A DNA stretch of 64,000 bases, taken from contig OZ024742.1 in the NCBI GenBank assembly GCA_964016885.1, positions 275,900,001 to 275,964,000 on the forward strand, read 5' to 3'. This stretch comes from Eledone cirrhosa (Eukaryota). Shown here in pieces: positions 39,181 to 56,107 of this stretch. A model generated the notes under the pieces. That model saw nothing but the letters and a program-made list of their open reading frames with translations. It did not search any database and was not told the DNA's origin. A program made the translations under genes and the position numbers. Within the stretch, counting starts at the first letter, position 1; each line of letters starts with the position of its first letter.

Positions 39181-40965
39181 GATTTCGGAGCCCACCATCA
39201 GTGGCACAAAAAGAGTGTACGATTATTCTTATATTCAATATGGATTCATATCCATCATCACTAATGGAGAAGAAAGGCCTCAATGTGTTGTTTGCAGTAA
39301 AGCTTTGTCAAATGATTCTATGAAACTGACAAAGTTGAAGCAACATTTACAGAATGTTCATCCTCTACACAAGGACAAGGACAAAAACTTTTTTGTATGT
39401 CATGGGAATGCTCTTAAAATGATGAAGCTGGATTCAACAGATGTATAACGGAATACTCCTATGTTTTACCGGCAAAGATTTGCAACCAAATCTGAGGTTT
39501 CTCGCCTCTGGGACTATCTATCGTTGGAGGTTCCCACCATTGTCTTGTCAAAAGATAGAGGTACATTCCACTTGACCTGTGACCCCAGCTTGCTGGGAGA
39601 CGATAACCACATGGCTGATCATAAATCAACCTCATATATCCATCCTTCTAACTATAAGGTTATTATAAATACGACTTAGGAAACCCAAAAGACAGACCCG
39701 AAGCAGCAGTCAGCGAGTGATAACAATGTAGGCATCAGGAGACCTTTCACCCTTTCTTTCTCCTGGCCCTTACTGGCTTCTACCTTCTCGGCCACCAAGA
39801 CAGCCAGCCTGCCTGACAGATTGACTACTACTTCTACGACAATAATTTATTCTAAGAATAGGCACACACACATTCATATTGTTTACATTCTATGCTTCAC
39901 CTATTCTTTCGTCTCTGTCATATTGTATCTGTAAGATACAACACATGCATTTACGCTAACTCGTAGAAGTTAGTAAGCAATTTAATGTACGGATAATTCA
40001 TGTCATAAATATTATTACTCGATGTTCAAAGTGAATATTGTTATTATAAAATAAACATTGTTAACAACTCAATCATGGTATTATTCTTTTCATCAAACAC
40101 CCATCAAATGAATACAACTTATCCGCTCCAGGTGCATTCCAAGAAACAAACCAAAAGGTTACTGAAGCTTCTTAAGTTGTAGCACTGGAGAGAGCAAAGC
40201 AGAAAAGCCACATACAATTGGGGAAACTTTGATCAAACCTTGCTCTCTCAAAATGGAGGAAACTGTGTTGGAAAGTGGATTGGAGAACAAACTTATGACA
40301 GTTTCATTATCAAACAGTACTGTTCAAAGGAGGATCAGAGACATGGCCAATAACATCAAGGATCAAGTTGTGCAAGAGATCGAGTCTGCTGCATTTGGTT
40401 TATTTTCGATTCAACTCGATGAATCAACTGATGTGCCATCGTGTTCCCTGTTGATGGTGTTTACAAGGTATGTGTATGCAGGTTCATTTAAAGAGAAGTT
40501 TCTCTTTTGATCTCATCTCGAAAAAACTACCAAGGTCTTTGATATTTTGCAAAAGGTTTCATCTTTCCTTGAATCAGAAATTTTTTTGTGGAATATCTGT
40601 GGGTGCTGTATGGCTGGAACACCAGCTATGTTGAATGGCTGTCAAGAGGAAATGTAACTGAGTGAATATTTGAGGTAAGAAATGAGCTCAAATTATTTTG
40701 TGAAGTTCAGGATAAGATGGAATGTTTTGCATGGCTAGATGATGAGGAATGGATCACGCACATTGCCTGTTTGGTTGATATTTTTTGAGCAGCCGAATAA
40801 ACTGAATCTTCAGATGAAAAGACAGAATACAAACGTCATAAAATTTGTGGATGCCTTGAAAGCTTTCATGAGCAAACTGGAAAATTGGAAGAGAAAGATC
40901 AATATCAAAAATGTTGCAATGTTTGAGAAGCTCTCTTCCGTTGTTGTTGGTGGTGATAAGACCAA
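39181..40965 (+). mobile_element. hAT/Buster transposase relic, unit B
   Basis: GEERPQCVVCSKALSNDSM; FSIQLDESTD; interrupted by a solo LTR. Confidence 0.88.
39444..40130 (+). mobile_element. Solo LTR (Gypsy-type)
   Basis: T(A)TAACGGA...TCCGCTCCA termini; 4-bp TSD GATG/GGTG against the unit A empty site CAACAGGTGCATT; 3' part similar to 60020-60182. Confidence 0.8.
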
Positions 40966-42014
40966 GTGCTTCCACAATAATGTTCCTTATATTTTCAATT
41001 GAATTTCAATATGGACTCTGCCCAGGTCAGTAATTTAAGAGTTGTAATTCAACAATTTCTTTGTCAATTTTGCAATCTAAGCAGACCATGCAACTCATTC
41101 AAACTATTCTGAATCAGTGGTTCCATATTCAGCTGCAAAGCGCAATCTATCCTTGGCATTCTTCTTCGACAGCCAAAGCTTCTTTGCCCAACTTTTTGAA
41201 GATATTGCAGGTTTCTTCAACCTTCTGATGATGGCCCTTCATAGGGTCTTTCGTTCACTAGTTTTGAATTCTTTGTTCATATTTGTCAAGGTTACCTTCC
41301 TGTCTTGCAGGGCAACAAATTTCACTTTGTGGTCATCTCATTTGGATGACTAGAATCCGATATTGTTGCAACAGATTCTATCTGTTCCTAGTGCAGTCCA
41401 ATCTGTTTGACAGTCAACAAGGAAGTTTGCAAATTTTTCGTTTTTAAGATGGTAAAAATTGTTTATAATACATTCCAACAATTTGGTTTTTCACCTTTTC
41501 ATCAAGATGATAGCGTAATTTCTTTGGTGACATAAGACAATTGTAATTAAGATTTAGTTTATATTCACTAAAGGTTGAAAATAAAGAAAAGTCCATCTGA
41601 AATGTGACAATTCAGGAAAAACAACATTTTCTAGAAAACAGCAGAGCCAGAGCCCTTTTTTTTGCCTGGGGTGTATATATATATATATGTGTGTGTGTGT
41701 GAAAAAGACCTTAACAGAGTACCACGATTTGTAATCTTAAACTGGATGTAGATGAGTAATGCAAGACATGTACAAAGGAGCTGTCAGTAATTATATTACT
41801 TACACTACTTTATATTGCAGAGGTATCCAGGGATATTCTTCCACAGTAACAGATTACTTGCTTTGTAAAGCAAAACAACTGTTACTATTACTTGTACCAT
41901 GATGTAGTGAATATATATATGTAATTTTGTGGGCATCCATTCAGTAATTCTTGAGTTTTAGGAAAACACACAGAATCAAGAACTTTCGTTTATATCCAAC
42001 CATCTCAAAGTGAT

Positions 42015-42735
42015 AAAAAAGTGCTTGAATTTGAACAGCACATAGCAACCAGCCCTGACAGCAAAGTGTTCTAGAAATATGTACATTCAAAGCAGAGACA
42101 TCACTCTCCAGTTGGTCTTCTTCACAAGCCCCACATGAGTCAGATTACTGATGATCCAAAAGTATACACAGAAATCATTGCTGAATGCTATGCATTTTTA
42201 CTGTTGAAAACCAAAATGTACCATCTCCACCACCTCTGACATCAAATTCTGTAACAACTATGGAATTACACTTACAATGCTACAACGTCACCTTAAGAAT
42301 AAGCGCAACTATGCCTCTCCTGGTCTTCATGGTGTTACGTACCTGCTTCTCAAACGTGGTGGGTACTTTCTTCTGCACCAGCTTTTACTCTTCTTTCAAT
42401 TCTGTGTTAACAACAGTGTCATTCCTCTGTTCAAAAAAGGTGTACCACCATGCATTTTGGGAGGAAAAACCCAGTGTTCACATACACCCTCCACAACACT
42501 AATCTCAAGAAGCAGCGATTTGCATTGAACAAAGTACATCTCTAAAATTGTCAAGAAGGAAAAAGGTGTCTTGGAATCACTCAGTAAGACCTTTGTCAGC
42601 CGCTCTCCAGCTACCTATTTAAAGCTGTATATAACTATAGTACAGCCACACTTAGAATTTGCATCACCAGTCTGGAACCCCTATCTTGCTCAGAATATTG
42701 ACCTCCTGGAAACTGTTTGGAGACCTGCAACCAAG
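42015..42735 (+). mobile_element. CR1/L2 fragment with internal deletion, same family as 20624-22606
   Basis: LEFEQHIATSPDSK and HLEFASPVWNP are shared. Confidence 0.85.
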
Positions 42736-42821
42736 TGAAACAATAGACAACCTTGGAAGCTCCAACCGTTAAGGTTGCCTTTTTTCCGGGTATGTCAATA
42801 TTTATTTATAAAACAAATCTG

Positions 42822-42887
42822 TATTTTATCTGATGAAAGCGCGCCATAATTTGCCTTGGTGGCCCTTGAAATATGTATAATAAAATA
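42822..42887 (+). ncRNA. Minimal type I hammerhead ribozyme (Penelope-like)
   Basis: TATTTTAT-CTGATGA-aagcgcgcca...tggccctt-GAAA-TATGTA-TA^ATAAAATA; perfect 8-bp stem I and self-complementary stem III. Confidence 0.7.
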
Positions 42888-43018
42888 AATATGGTTTTAT
42901 AAATATAGTTTCCATTTATTAATATATTGTGTATTTACTCAACTAATCTGTTGAGTGCTTTATATCAGTTATAAAAATGTTTAAGCTTGTTGAATCCCAA
43001 CAAATTAAATATAACCTT

Positions 43019-43720
<702 letters not shown>

Positions 43721-43721
43721 T

Positions 43722-44012
43722 TAATGTAGCGAAGATAATACGTCAGCAATGACGTTCTCGTCAGAATGTCGTTATGCAGACAGCCAGGTATACAGAGGGA
43801 TATTATAAGGGCTCAACGGCGATCGATAACCGGCGCCTAACACCCCTTTAACAACAGAAAATTGAAAAATAAAAGCGGCAGTTAGTATCTTTAGACCGCA
43901 AGGAATATATAAATGCAAGTTTGAAGTCAATCGGAGTAGAAATGTGGATTTGTATAGACTTTGCAAAAATGAGGACACACACACAGACAACATCAGTTTC
44001 ATATATATATAG
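43722..44012. mobile_element. Helentron/DINE-like non-autonomous element end abutting the ZNF-B 3' region
   Basis: AAGTTTGAAGTCAATCGG...CACACAGAC...TATATATATAG terminus; homology to unit A stops here. Confidence 0.45.
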
Positions 44013-44176
44013 TTATTAAGAGACATTTTTACAGAATGATTTACCACAGATATCAAAACCCTTGAAAAGTAGATGTTAAACAATGATGATGATGAAAATA
44101 ACAGCTTCTCTCCAGTATGAACATATATGTATTTAGTTAAAACACAATTTCTAGAAAATATCACTGATATAGATTT

Positions 44177-47732
<3,556 letters not shown>

Positions 47733-50700
47733 AATACATCCTTTTTATATCTATTCTGTAGATGTTAAATATAGATGACGCATCTGCTGTAAGGAATTAG
47801 TTAATTCCAATGTCGTCTGAAATATTAAAAAAATTCTATAAGATATATAGGATATTTGAAATGTACAGATTCAACAATGGAAAGTTTATTATATTTCAAT
47901 ACTGATAAACTAATTTTTTGACTTAATAATACCAAAACTGTCTGAAATTCTTTTGTTTCATAATATCAACCCACCTGAAATTACCTATTCCTATTTAGAT
48001 GAGAACATCAATGTGAATCTCATTAGTACATCTGTGAAAGCATGCAATTTTCCTAGAGAAACAATTCTCAGAATTATTCCAACAATTGTCATCCCAAAAG
48101 TTTTGGATATTTTTCTTCCACATTGAAATTTGAAAATTTTCAGTTACTGTTTATGTCTTAAAAAATTAATTGTTTCTACTTTAGGCACAAGGCCAGCAAA
48201 TACCAACTGGTACTCTATTTTATCGACCCCGTAAGGATGAAAGGCAAAGTTAACCTCGGCGGGATTTGAACTCAGAATGGCAATACTGCCAATCCACCGC
48301 TCTTAAAAAATTGATATCAGCCTGAAATTCATGAAAAGTGATACAAAATTTGACAGTTTTATGAAAGATATCTGATTACAAAAGTGATAGTGACTCCAAT
48401 TATGATAACAGCAGTGACTCAGATAAGGAAAGCAATATTTACTAAGAGGAATGGAGAGAAAATTTGGAAGAGAACACTCTTCAAGATTTTTCTGAAGTGT
48501 CAGGACTTCAACACAATCTTTCAAATGATAGGATGGCATGGTTTCCAAAAGTCAGATAAATTTCAAACAATATATGTCAAATAAACCCATTAAGTGGGAG
48601 TTCAAAACCTAGAAAGTTTGTTAATAATGTACTGGATATTGCTGCAGATTTATTTCTTATACAGGTATGAGAGACAGTGTTCCATGTTTGTATGGCCTAG
48701 GGTTTAATGTAGTCTGGAAATTATCACTTCCATACCATAACCAAGACTGGATATTATATTATGACCAGTGTTTCAGTTCAGTAAATCTTGTGATGGACCT
48801 AGAAGCTGTAGTGACAAATTCATATAGCACAGTGACAACAAATAGATAAGGGGCTGCCACTGAATATAAAAAGAAGGAAAACAAAAAAAAAAGGATAGGG
48901 TATTAACCAATGTGAGAAAGGAAATTTACAAGAAACTGCATAAAAAGACAAGAGGTAAATAAATTTTCTATATTGTGCTTAAACCACATGTGGATGTAAA
49001 TGGTAAACCATTTGTAAACCAAGATTGTAACAGTTTTATGGGTGATGTAGATCTGATGAATCATATAATGAGTTATTACTTGGTTGGTAGACCAGGTAAT
49101 AAGTGGTAGCAATACCTAGTGTTGGTGAGTATCATAATTTCTGTAGAGTTTACAGTGTAGTGAACATGGTTAAACTGGTGATTGGAAATTTCTAGGTGAA
49201 CATCATATGGTCAGAATCTTGAAGATGATTGAAGATATAAAAGACAAGGAAGTTATTGTGATAGGAGGGAATTTGAATTAACATGTGGGAAGGAGTATGG
49301 GTGGTTGTGAGTGAGTCCATGGAGGTTACAAGTATGGTGTGAAGAATGAAGAAGGAGAAAGGATTTATGAGTTTGCTGATAAAGCTGAGATGTCAATCTG
49401 TAATAACCAATTCCAGAAAAAAAGAAACACTTCATGTACACATCAAGTGGATCGTTATAAACTGTGAACTACCTGATGGTATATGAGTGAAATAGGAAGA
49501 ACCTTCATCATACAAAGGTAATCCCAGGTGAGGAAGTTGGTACACAGAACCATCTAGTTGTCTGTGATCTAAGGATGAAAGGTGGGAGGAGAGCTTAACA
49601 GGAAATATCAACAAAGGCTGAAGATGTGGAGGTTAAAAGAAGCCACAATGAAGAAGGGTCTAAAAGAGAAACTGAGTATGTTAGAAGACATCAATGAACT
49701 TGAGTGTCTGGAAGTTTCAAAAGATGGTTAGCTGTGAGCTATTGGTGATGTTCATGGATGGATAAAAGAACCACGACGACACTCAGAAACATGACTGATA
49801 GTGGGATGATGAAGTTAGAAAGAGAATTGATGAGAAAAGAAGAGAGATTCAGAGAAGGTAAAGTGTGCGATATGGTAGCAGAAGAGATTACAAGATAGTT
49901 AAGAGGGCTGCAAAATAAAAGTGACAAGAATATTTATTGAATGTAGAGAATAGGATGGCAACATAGAAAGCAATCCTGTTCTCAGACCTACAGAAGACAT
50001 GAGAGAGGAAGAAGTTGAGGAAGTATTGAAAAGAAAAGTGGAAGAACTGGAAGACTGCCAGGCTGTTATCAAGAGATATGTTAAAGGCAGTGGGATGTTG
50101 AGGTGTGAAGAATATGACAAAGATCTGTAGGTTGGTGGTGAAAGAAGACCATATTTCAGTGGACTGTGAGATGAGTACTCTCATCAGTCTGTCCAAGGGA
50201 AAAAGCGATTCTTTAGATATTGGTTTGTATAGAGCAATTAACTTATTGGAACATGAGATAAAGGTACTGGAAAGAGTGTTAAGAGAAGAGGATAAGGAAA
50301 TATGTGGCAACTGATGAGACTGCAGTTTGGATTCATGCATGGAAAAAGAACAACTGATGCAATTTTTAATATGGGGCAGTTACAGAAGTACATGAACAAA
50401 AGGAAGAATGTATTTTTTTCTTTGAGGGTGGAGGGTTGTTGACTTGGAGAAAGCTTTCAATAGGGTTCTACGTGAAGTAGTGGCAAGGATATTGAGAGAG
50501 TTGGGAATGGAGGAATGGTTGGTTAGAATATTAATGGTAATCATGAGAAAGCATGTACAGTTGTAAGGACAAAAGATGAGAACAGTGACGAGTTTGAAGT
50601 GAAGGTTGGTGTGCATCAGAGATCTGTATTAAGCCCACTATTATTTGTAGTTGGGATTGAAGTATTGGCTTGAAGAGTAAAGAAAGGTTTAGTATGGGAG

Positions 50701-53036
50701 TTACTACACACAGATGATATGGTGTTCATAAAAGAGGGTATGATGTTAAGCTGGATCTTTGGAATGGTGTGATAATGTTTTGTTATCTTGGAGATGTTGA
50801 ACGGAGAATATGGCTCAGATTCTGCTAGAGTACCTAGAGTGTAATGTGAATGGAAGATATTTCAGAAACTAAGTAGTGTTCTAATGGGGAAGGGAGTGTC
50901 ACTGAAACGGAAAGAAAAGGTGTAATGTGCATGCGCGAAGTGGAAAGAACAGACATGAGGATTTTTGCAGAGACAGAGGAAGACAAACAATGAATTGCAG
51001 AGGATTATGAGAATAAAACCAGTGAAGAATGTGAAGAGAAATGGAATGAGATGGTTGAGTCATGTGTTGAGCATTGATGAAAGAGAATGTGTGAGAGGAT
51101 GATGGAAATAAAGCCAGTGATGAATGTTGTAAAGAGAAATAGAATGAGATGGTTGGGACATGTGTTGAGGAAAGATGAAAGTGACTAGATGAAAGAAGTG
51201 ATGGAAATGAATGTGGAGGAAGGAGTAGACCTAGACATGGCTAACAAAAAAGGAGGAAGTAAAAGCTAAGGATTTGGTGAGGGAGGATGCAGACAATAGG
51301 GGAAAATGGAGATGTGTCATGGGCTCCACAAAGCTAATTCCTGCTTTAGCAGGGAAGATGACCTGCAAAGTAAGTAGTAACATTATGATTAAGGAATCAT
51401 TATTGTGTATATTTATGTATGTGTAAATCTATTTCATTTTGTAGTTTATTATGTGTCTGTCAATTTATTTCATTTTGTAAGTATTCTTCAAACATAATCT
51501 TGACAAAGGGCAATAACCCAGGACAATATTGTCGATTGTTTCTCTCTGTCACCGCTAGAACAAAAGGATGACATGATCATCTAATAAACATAGAATAATC
51601 AGGCTGTTTGCTTGCAAACGAATCAATTATTATTATTATCATTCAATATAAAACTCTCAAATACACTTTATTACCTTTATAATGCACCTGTTTTATATAC
51701 ACTTAAGTTCAATTGAAAATTCAATGTGTACGATTCTTCAATATTATAATGTTGTTATATACCCAGCTGGATATTAGCTAATAATTCATTTCGTAAGGTG
51801 ATGTTCCAACATAATTTAAATAATTTTACAAAATTAACTTACCTGTAATTAGAGCAGTTGTATAACAAATTCATTTAATTACCTTTTGTTAATTTAAACA
51901 AAACCTGTCAAAATTCTTGCTTATTTCAGAATTTAACTGGAATACATACATGGTGTATTTTAGTTAGAAATATAGTAAGAAAAGGGCTCACAAAGCTATT
52001 TCTACAAAAGATCCCCTCATCTTCCACCCTATGTGCACCTAGTACACTCTGTAAAGTGGTAGTACTGTTCCATGGAAAAACTGATGTAAAATAAACATCA
52101 AACAATGATGATCATCCTCATTTAATATGTTTTCACTGTTAGCAAGGGTTGGCTGATTTGTCACCAGCCATGACTACTAATTGGTGCAACTGACCTTTCA
52201 GATAGATGTTGGGGCTAAGGGGGTTTCACTTACATACATTCCCACAATATAGTGTGTACATGGCGCATATTAGAAGGGAGGACTGGCGAGGTGACGTGAG
52301 GGACATTAGGCATTTTTGGCAGAATCTTAATTTCATATTCTTAAATATATAATTAAACCCAACATACTAGAAATACAGCCAAATCTCTCACATCATACTT
52401 CAGCTCTTTCCCCACTAACAAGGGAGCTTCTACATACTACAAATAACAGCCAAATCTCCCTTCACTCTGCTATTTCCCAACTAACAAGTGAGCTTCTACG
52501 AAATCTCCCGAGATACAAGAAATAACAGTCAAAAACTGAAATAGTTTCTGCTGAGGAAAAGGAGATTAAACATTTAAATCTTTTTGGAGAATCGTAAATA
52601 GTTCAAAATGGATAGTTCTCCAAAAATACTGTTATTTTTTACACTTACACCCATCTCATGTCGGAGCGAAAATGTATTTTTTTTATTATTGCTGATGATG
52701 TGCTTTGAAATAATATGGGTTTAGAGCCCGTCGGAAGTTACTACTTTTTTAATGTTTTGTTTCTGTTAATGTTATGGTTATTTTCGTGGGATACTTATTC
52801 CCAAACTCCACCTTTTTTTCTTTTCTCATTCATTTCTTCATTTCTTCCTAGCAAGTGTTGGACGCGTAATTAGAATAATTTATTCTAAACATCCGGTACA
52901 TCGGATCGGTGGATTTTACTTTCACTTTAATGCAGTGATGGTTTATAGGAAATTTGCTGTCAATGATACCCCCAAGAAAAGACGATTGAATAAAGAAAGC
53001 AACTAAGATGAATAAATACCTCGTATATATTAGAGC

Positions 53037-53318
53037 TATAACAAAATACTAGTGTGTATGAATGTAACAAGGAGAAGTGGTTTGTGTGTATAATATTTAA
53101 TTAACAATTTGTGGATATATAGAACAGTATAGTTGACATGTCAATGAATAGATGAAAGAATGAAGCAAAGTTATTAGTTACCGCTTGGTTGCCAGGTGCA
53201 CGCGTTAGTTTTATAGGGTTCTGACCGGAAGTTACAGAAAGGGTTCTACTTCCTGTCTAGAGAGCGTTAATCTATTGGGGATGTGAGTGTCACAACAAGG
53301 GAGGCAACTCCTGCTACA
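53037..53318 (-). mobile_element. Solo LTR (TGTAGCA...TGTTATA family)
   Basis: 4-bp TSD GAGC; empty site in unit A at ~35765; similar to 56314-56709 and 63766-64000. Confidence 0.88.
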
Positions 53319-53413
53319 GAGCTATTGTTAGGAAATCAGAAATGGTGGTTTTACGTGTTGTATTCTCTTCGATATTCTTTCCTTCTTCGTGTATATACGT
53401 ATATGTATATATA

Positions 53414-53884
53414 TGTAGCGACGTGGTTAGTCAGTCTGGTCACTACTTCTGATCAGATCCGAGAATAGCCCTTAGAAGGACTGTTATCGCATACGGTCTG
53501 ATCAGATCTGAAGATAGCCCTTAAAAGAACTGTTGAGGATGGACAGACGAAAGCACAAGTTAAAAGGACGAAGCAAGGCGAGATGCAAATTCGATCGGCT
53601 ATTTATTTTCACATGAAGCGACGATATGAGGTACAAGGCGTGTGTGAGTGACAAAGCGTGGCAGAGTAAAGGAACAACGATGCGCTAGCTGACTCTGCCA
53701 AAAGTCGACTGCTGAAGTGTTTGGAACCACTCTGTTTATACAGAAATAATCGTTTGATGTTTAGCCGCTGTGTAGGCGTTTATTCTGGTAGTTTTTAAGG
53801 GTTCTTTTGTTTCACGTTGAGGTAGCTAGCTAACAGGTAGATGGCGCTGTATATTTCACAGATGTTATTTCTGGTGGCTGTACA
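53414..53884 (-). mobile_element. Probable solo LTR inserted in (TA)n
   Basis: TG...CA ends; TATAAA and AATAAA on the minus strand; absent from units A and B. Confidence 0.65.
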
Positions 53885-53941
53885 TATATATATATATATA
53901 TAATATTGTAGTAGAGAAATATGACAACGTTACAAAAACAT

Positions 53942-55262
53942 GGCGTTCCTTACTTTTAGCGGTGTCAAGAATAAAAGTAAATTTATTTTCATTTTCGATA
54001 GTTTATTTACATTTTGTGTGTGTGTGTTTAAACGAAACGTCGCGGATAATGAAAGTAAATTTATTTAACGTCGTGGATAATTAAATTTATTTTCATTAAA
54101 CCCCAAAATAACTTGATTGTTTTTCATGTTGTGTGTGTTGAAAAAAATGGCATATTTAAACGTTTATTGCATATAAAATTTTAAATTACCAACCTTATTT
54201 AAATGTTTACTACACCATATAAATAGCTGCAATACAGTTTATCATTTCGCCAAACTTGTTGGCCCCAACTCTCTGCCGCCAAAGAAATTCAGCTATATAA
54301 GAATGGAATAAAGCGCTGCTGGTACCATGCTGGCGACGAAACTTCTTCTTTGCACGGCTCCATGTGTTCTCTATGAGCTGTGTGTGCACATCAGGGGCCG
54401 CAGGATCTATAAAGTTCTGTTCGTGCACCACAACATCATGAACGTAAATCCCACATTCAATTTCCTCAATTTCCGAATAGGAAGCCCAACCATCGCGGCT
54501 GTCTGGCAAAATCCACTGCTGAATGATGGGGACGAATGTCACGGCTTCGATTTGGGACTTGTTCACCAGCGCCGAAGACCCAGTGGCCTTGTATCCACAG
54601 GCCACGATGATACTTTCTATGGAAGTATTTGGATTCGTCTATCTCGACAATGATGGACTCACCATTGTCATCGAATTCTTCAAGTTCTTGAGGATTTTCC
54701 TCCAAATAATGCTCACAAATTTCTCTAATGAAATTGCACCAGTCTATAATTGTACGTTCGGAGACTCCCGTTTCTCTAACCATGTCAACCTGTGTGTGAT
54801 CATAGCACCACATGTATATAATAGCAATAACGTGATCCAGTCGCACATGGCTTCGTTCAAAAAAAGAATTCCGTCGCACCGATTGACTGAATTTGTCGCG
54901 GTTGCATCGCCATCTCTATTTATCGACACCCCCAGAATACCGGTTCAATCTGCAAGCCTCATTACAAACAGGACAATTCACACTGTTTGCCAACAAACGC
55001 CGTCTCGCCAACCACTGCAACACACACAGAGTGTCACCGTGTATCGTTGGTATTAAAGTAAAAATTGTTACATTATCATTAAGGATGTCATTTGCATCCA
55101 AAATATCATCAGCTAACGTAGTGCGACCATATACTCGTCCAGACATTTTTGTTATGAGATAAACAATCGAAAATGAAAATAAATTTACTTTCATTTCCCC
55201 GACGTTCGAAAATGAACATAAATTTACTTTCATTCTTGACACCGCTAAAAGTAAGGAATGCT
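53942..55262 (-). mobile_element. Merlin (IS1016/IS1595-like) DNA transposon, frameshifted transposase ~55146-54210
   Basis: TIR GGCGTTCCTTACTTTTAGCGGTGTCAAGAAT; 9-bp TSD CAAAAACAT/CAATAACAT; VEIDES, WVFG, DGWASY, HTQLIENTW. Confidence 0.93.
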
Positions 55263-56107
55263 CAATAACATTATGTTTCATGCTTAATAGATAATTCTAC
55301 AGAGCGATATGATTCGTTTGAAAATAACGCTGAAGAGTTCTTTAACAACGGCAAACGCAGAATGCAGTCAATATCCAGTTGATCGTGCGCATTAGTAAAA
55401 TATCAGCAGACTAGGTTGCAGAGATACGTAGTTGAACGTGTGTGTATGTGGCGACATTCAGTATACGCGTGTATCAATAAATCCAAGGGGTTCTTAACGA
55501 GGATGGAGGCGGGGACCACAAATTGGCAGACTCAAACTGTTAGAATATTGATCTTTGTATTGCTTTCAAGTTCCCCAGAACGCAGTGTGCATCGGTTACA
55601 TGCTGCAAGCAGCCTATTAAACTGCATCACAAGCTCATGAGCTGTAAGGTTCAAAATAGATTACCTATAGACAGGGCTGCCACAAAAGAAAGACATATGT
55701 TCCCCTGAGTGGTCTGTCTGTAAGTGCCCTTACGTTTTGCCTAGTCCCCTATCATGAGTATCCCCTCTCTCTTACCTCTCTTTCAAGCGACCACACTGCT
55801 CTGCTATCCTTCCTCCCACAGATGATGTGTGACTCATACTTGTATTTCTGAGCCTTCAGTGGTCCATGCTACTGAGAGGTTACGTTGGGTTTTCTCTTCT
55901 CTAGCTCACTAGCCACTGTTAGTAGCATTTTATTGATTTCACACACACATTGGTGGCTCTGCTTCTCTAGTTTTCGTGGTGTTAGCGTGGACCATTATCT
56001 CCCATATTTATGCATTTATATATATTTCTTTTGTGCGTCACCGGCAGTATTTACTTCTTGACGTCAGCCATATTGTAAATTAAATAAACAAAAATAAAGA
56101 TAAGTAT

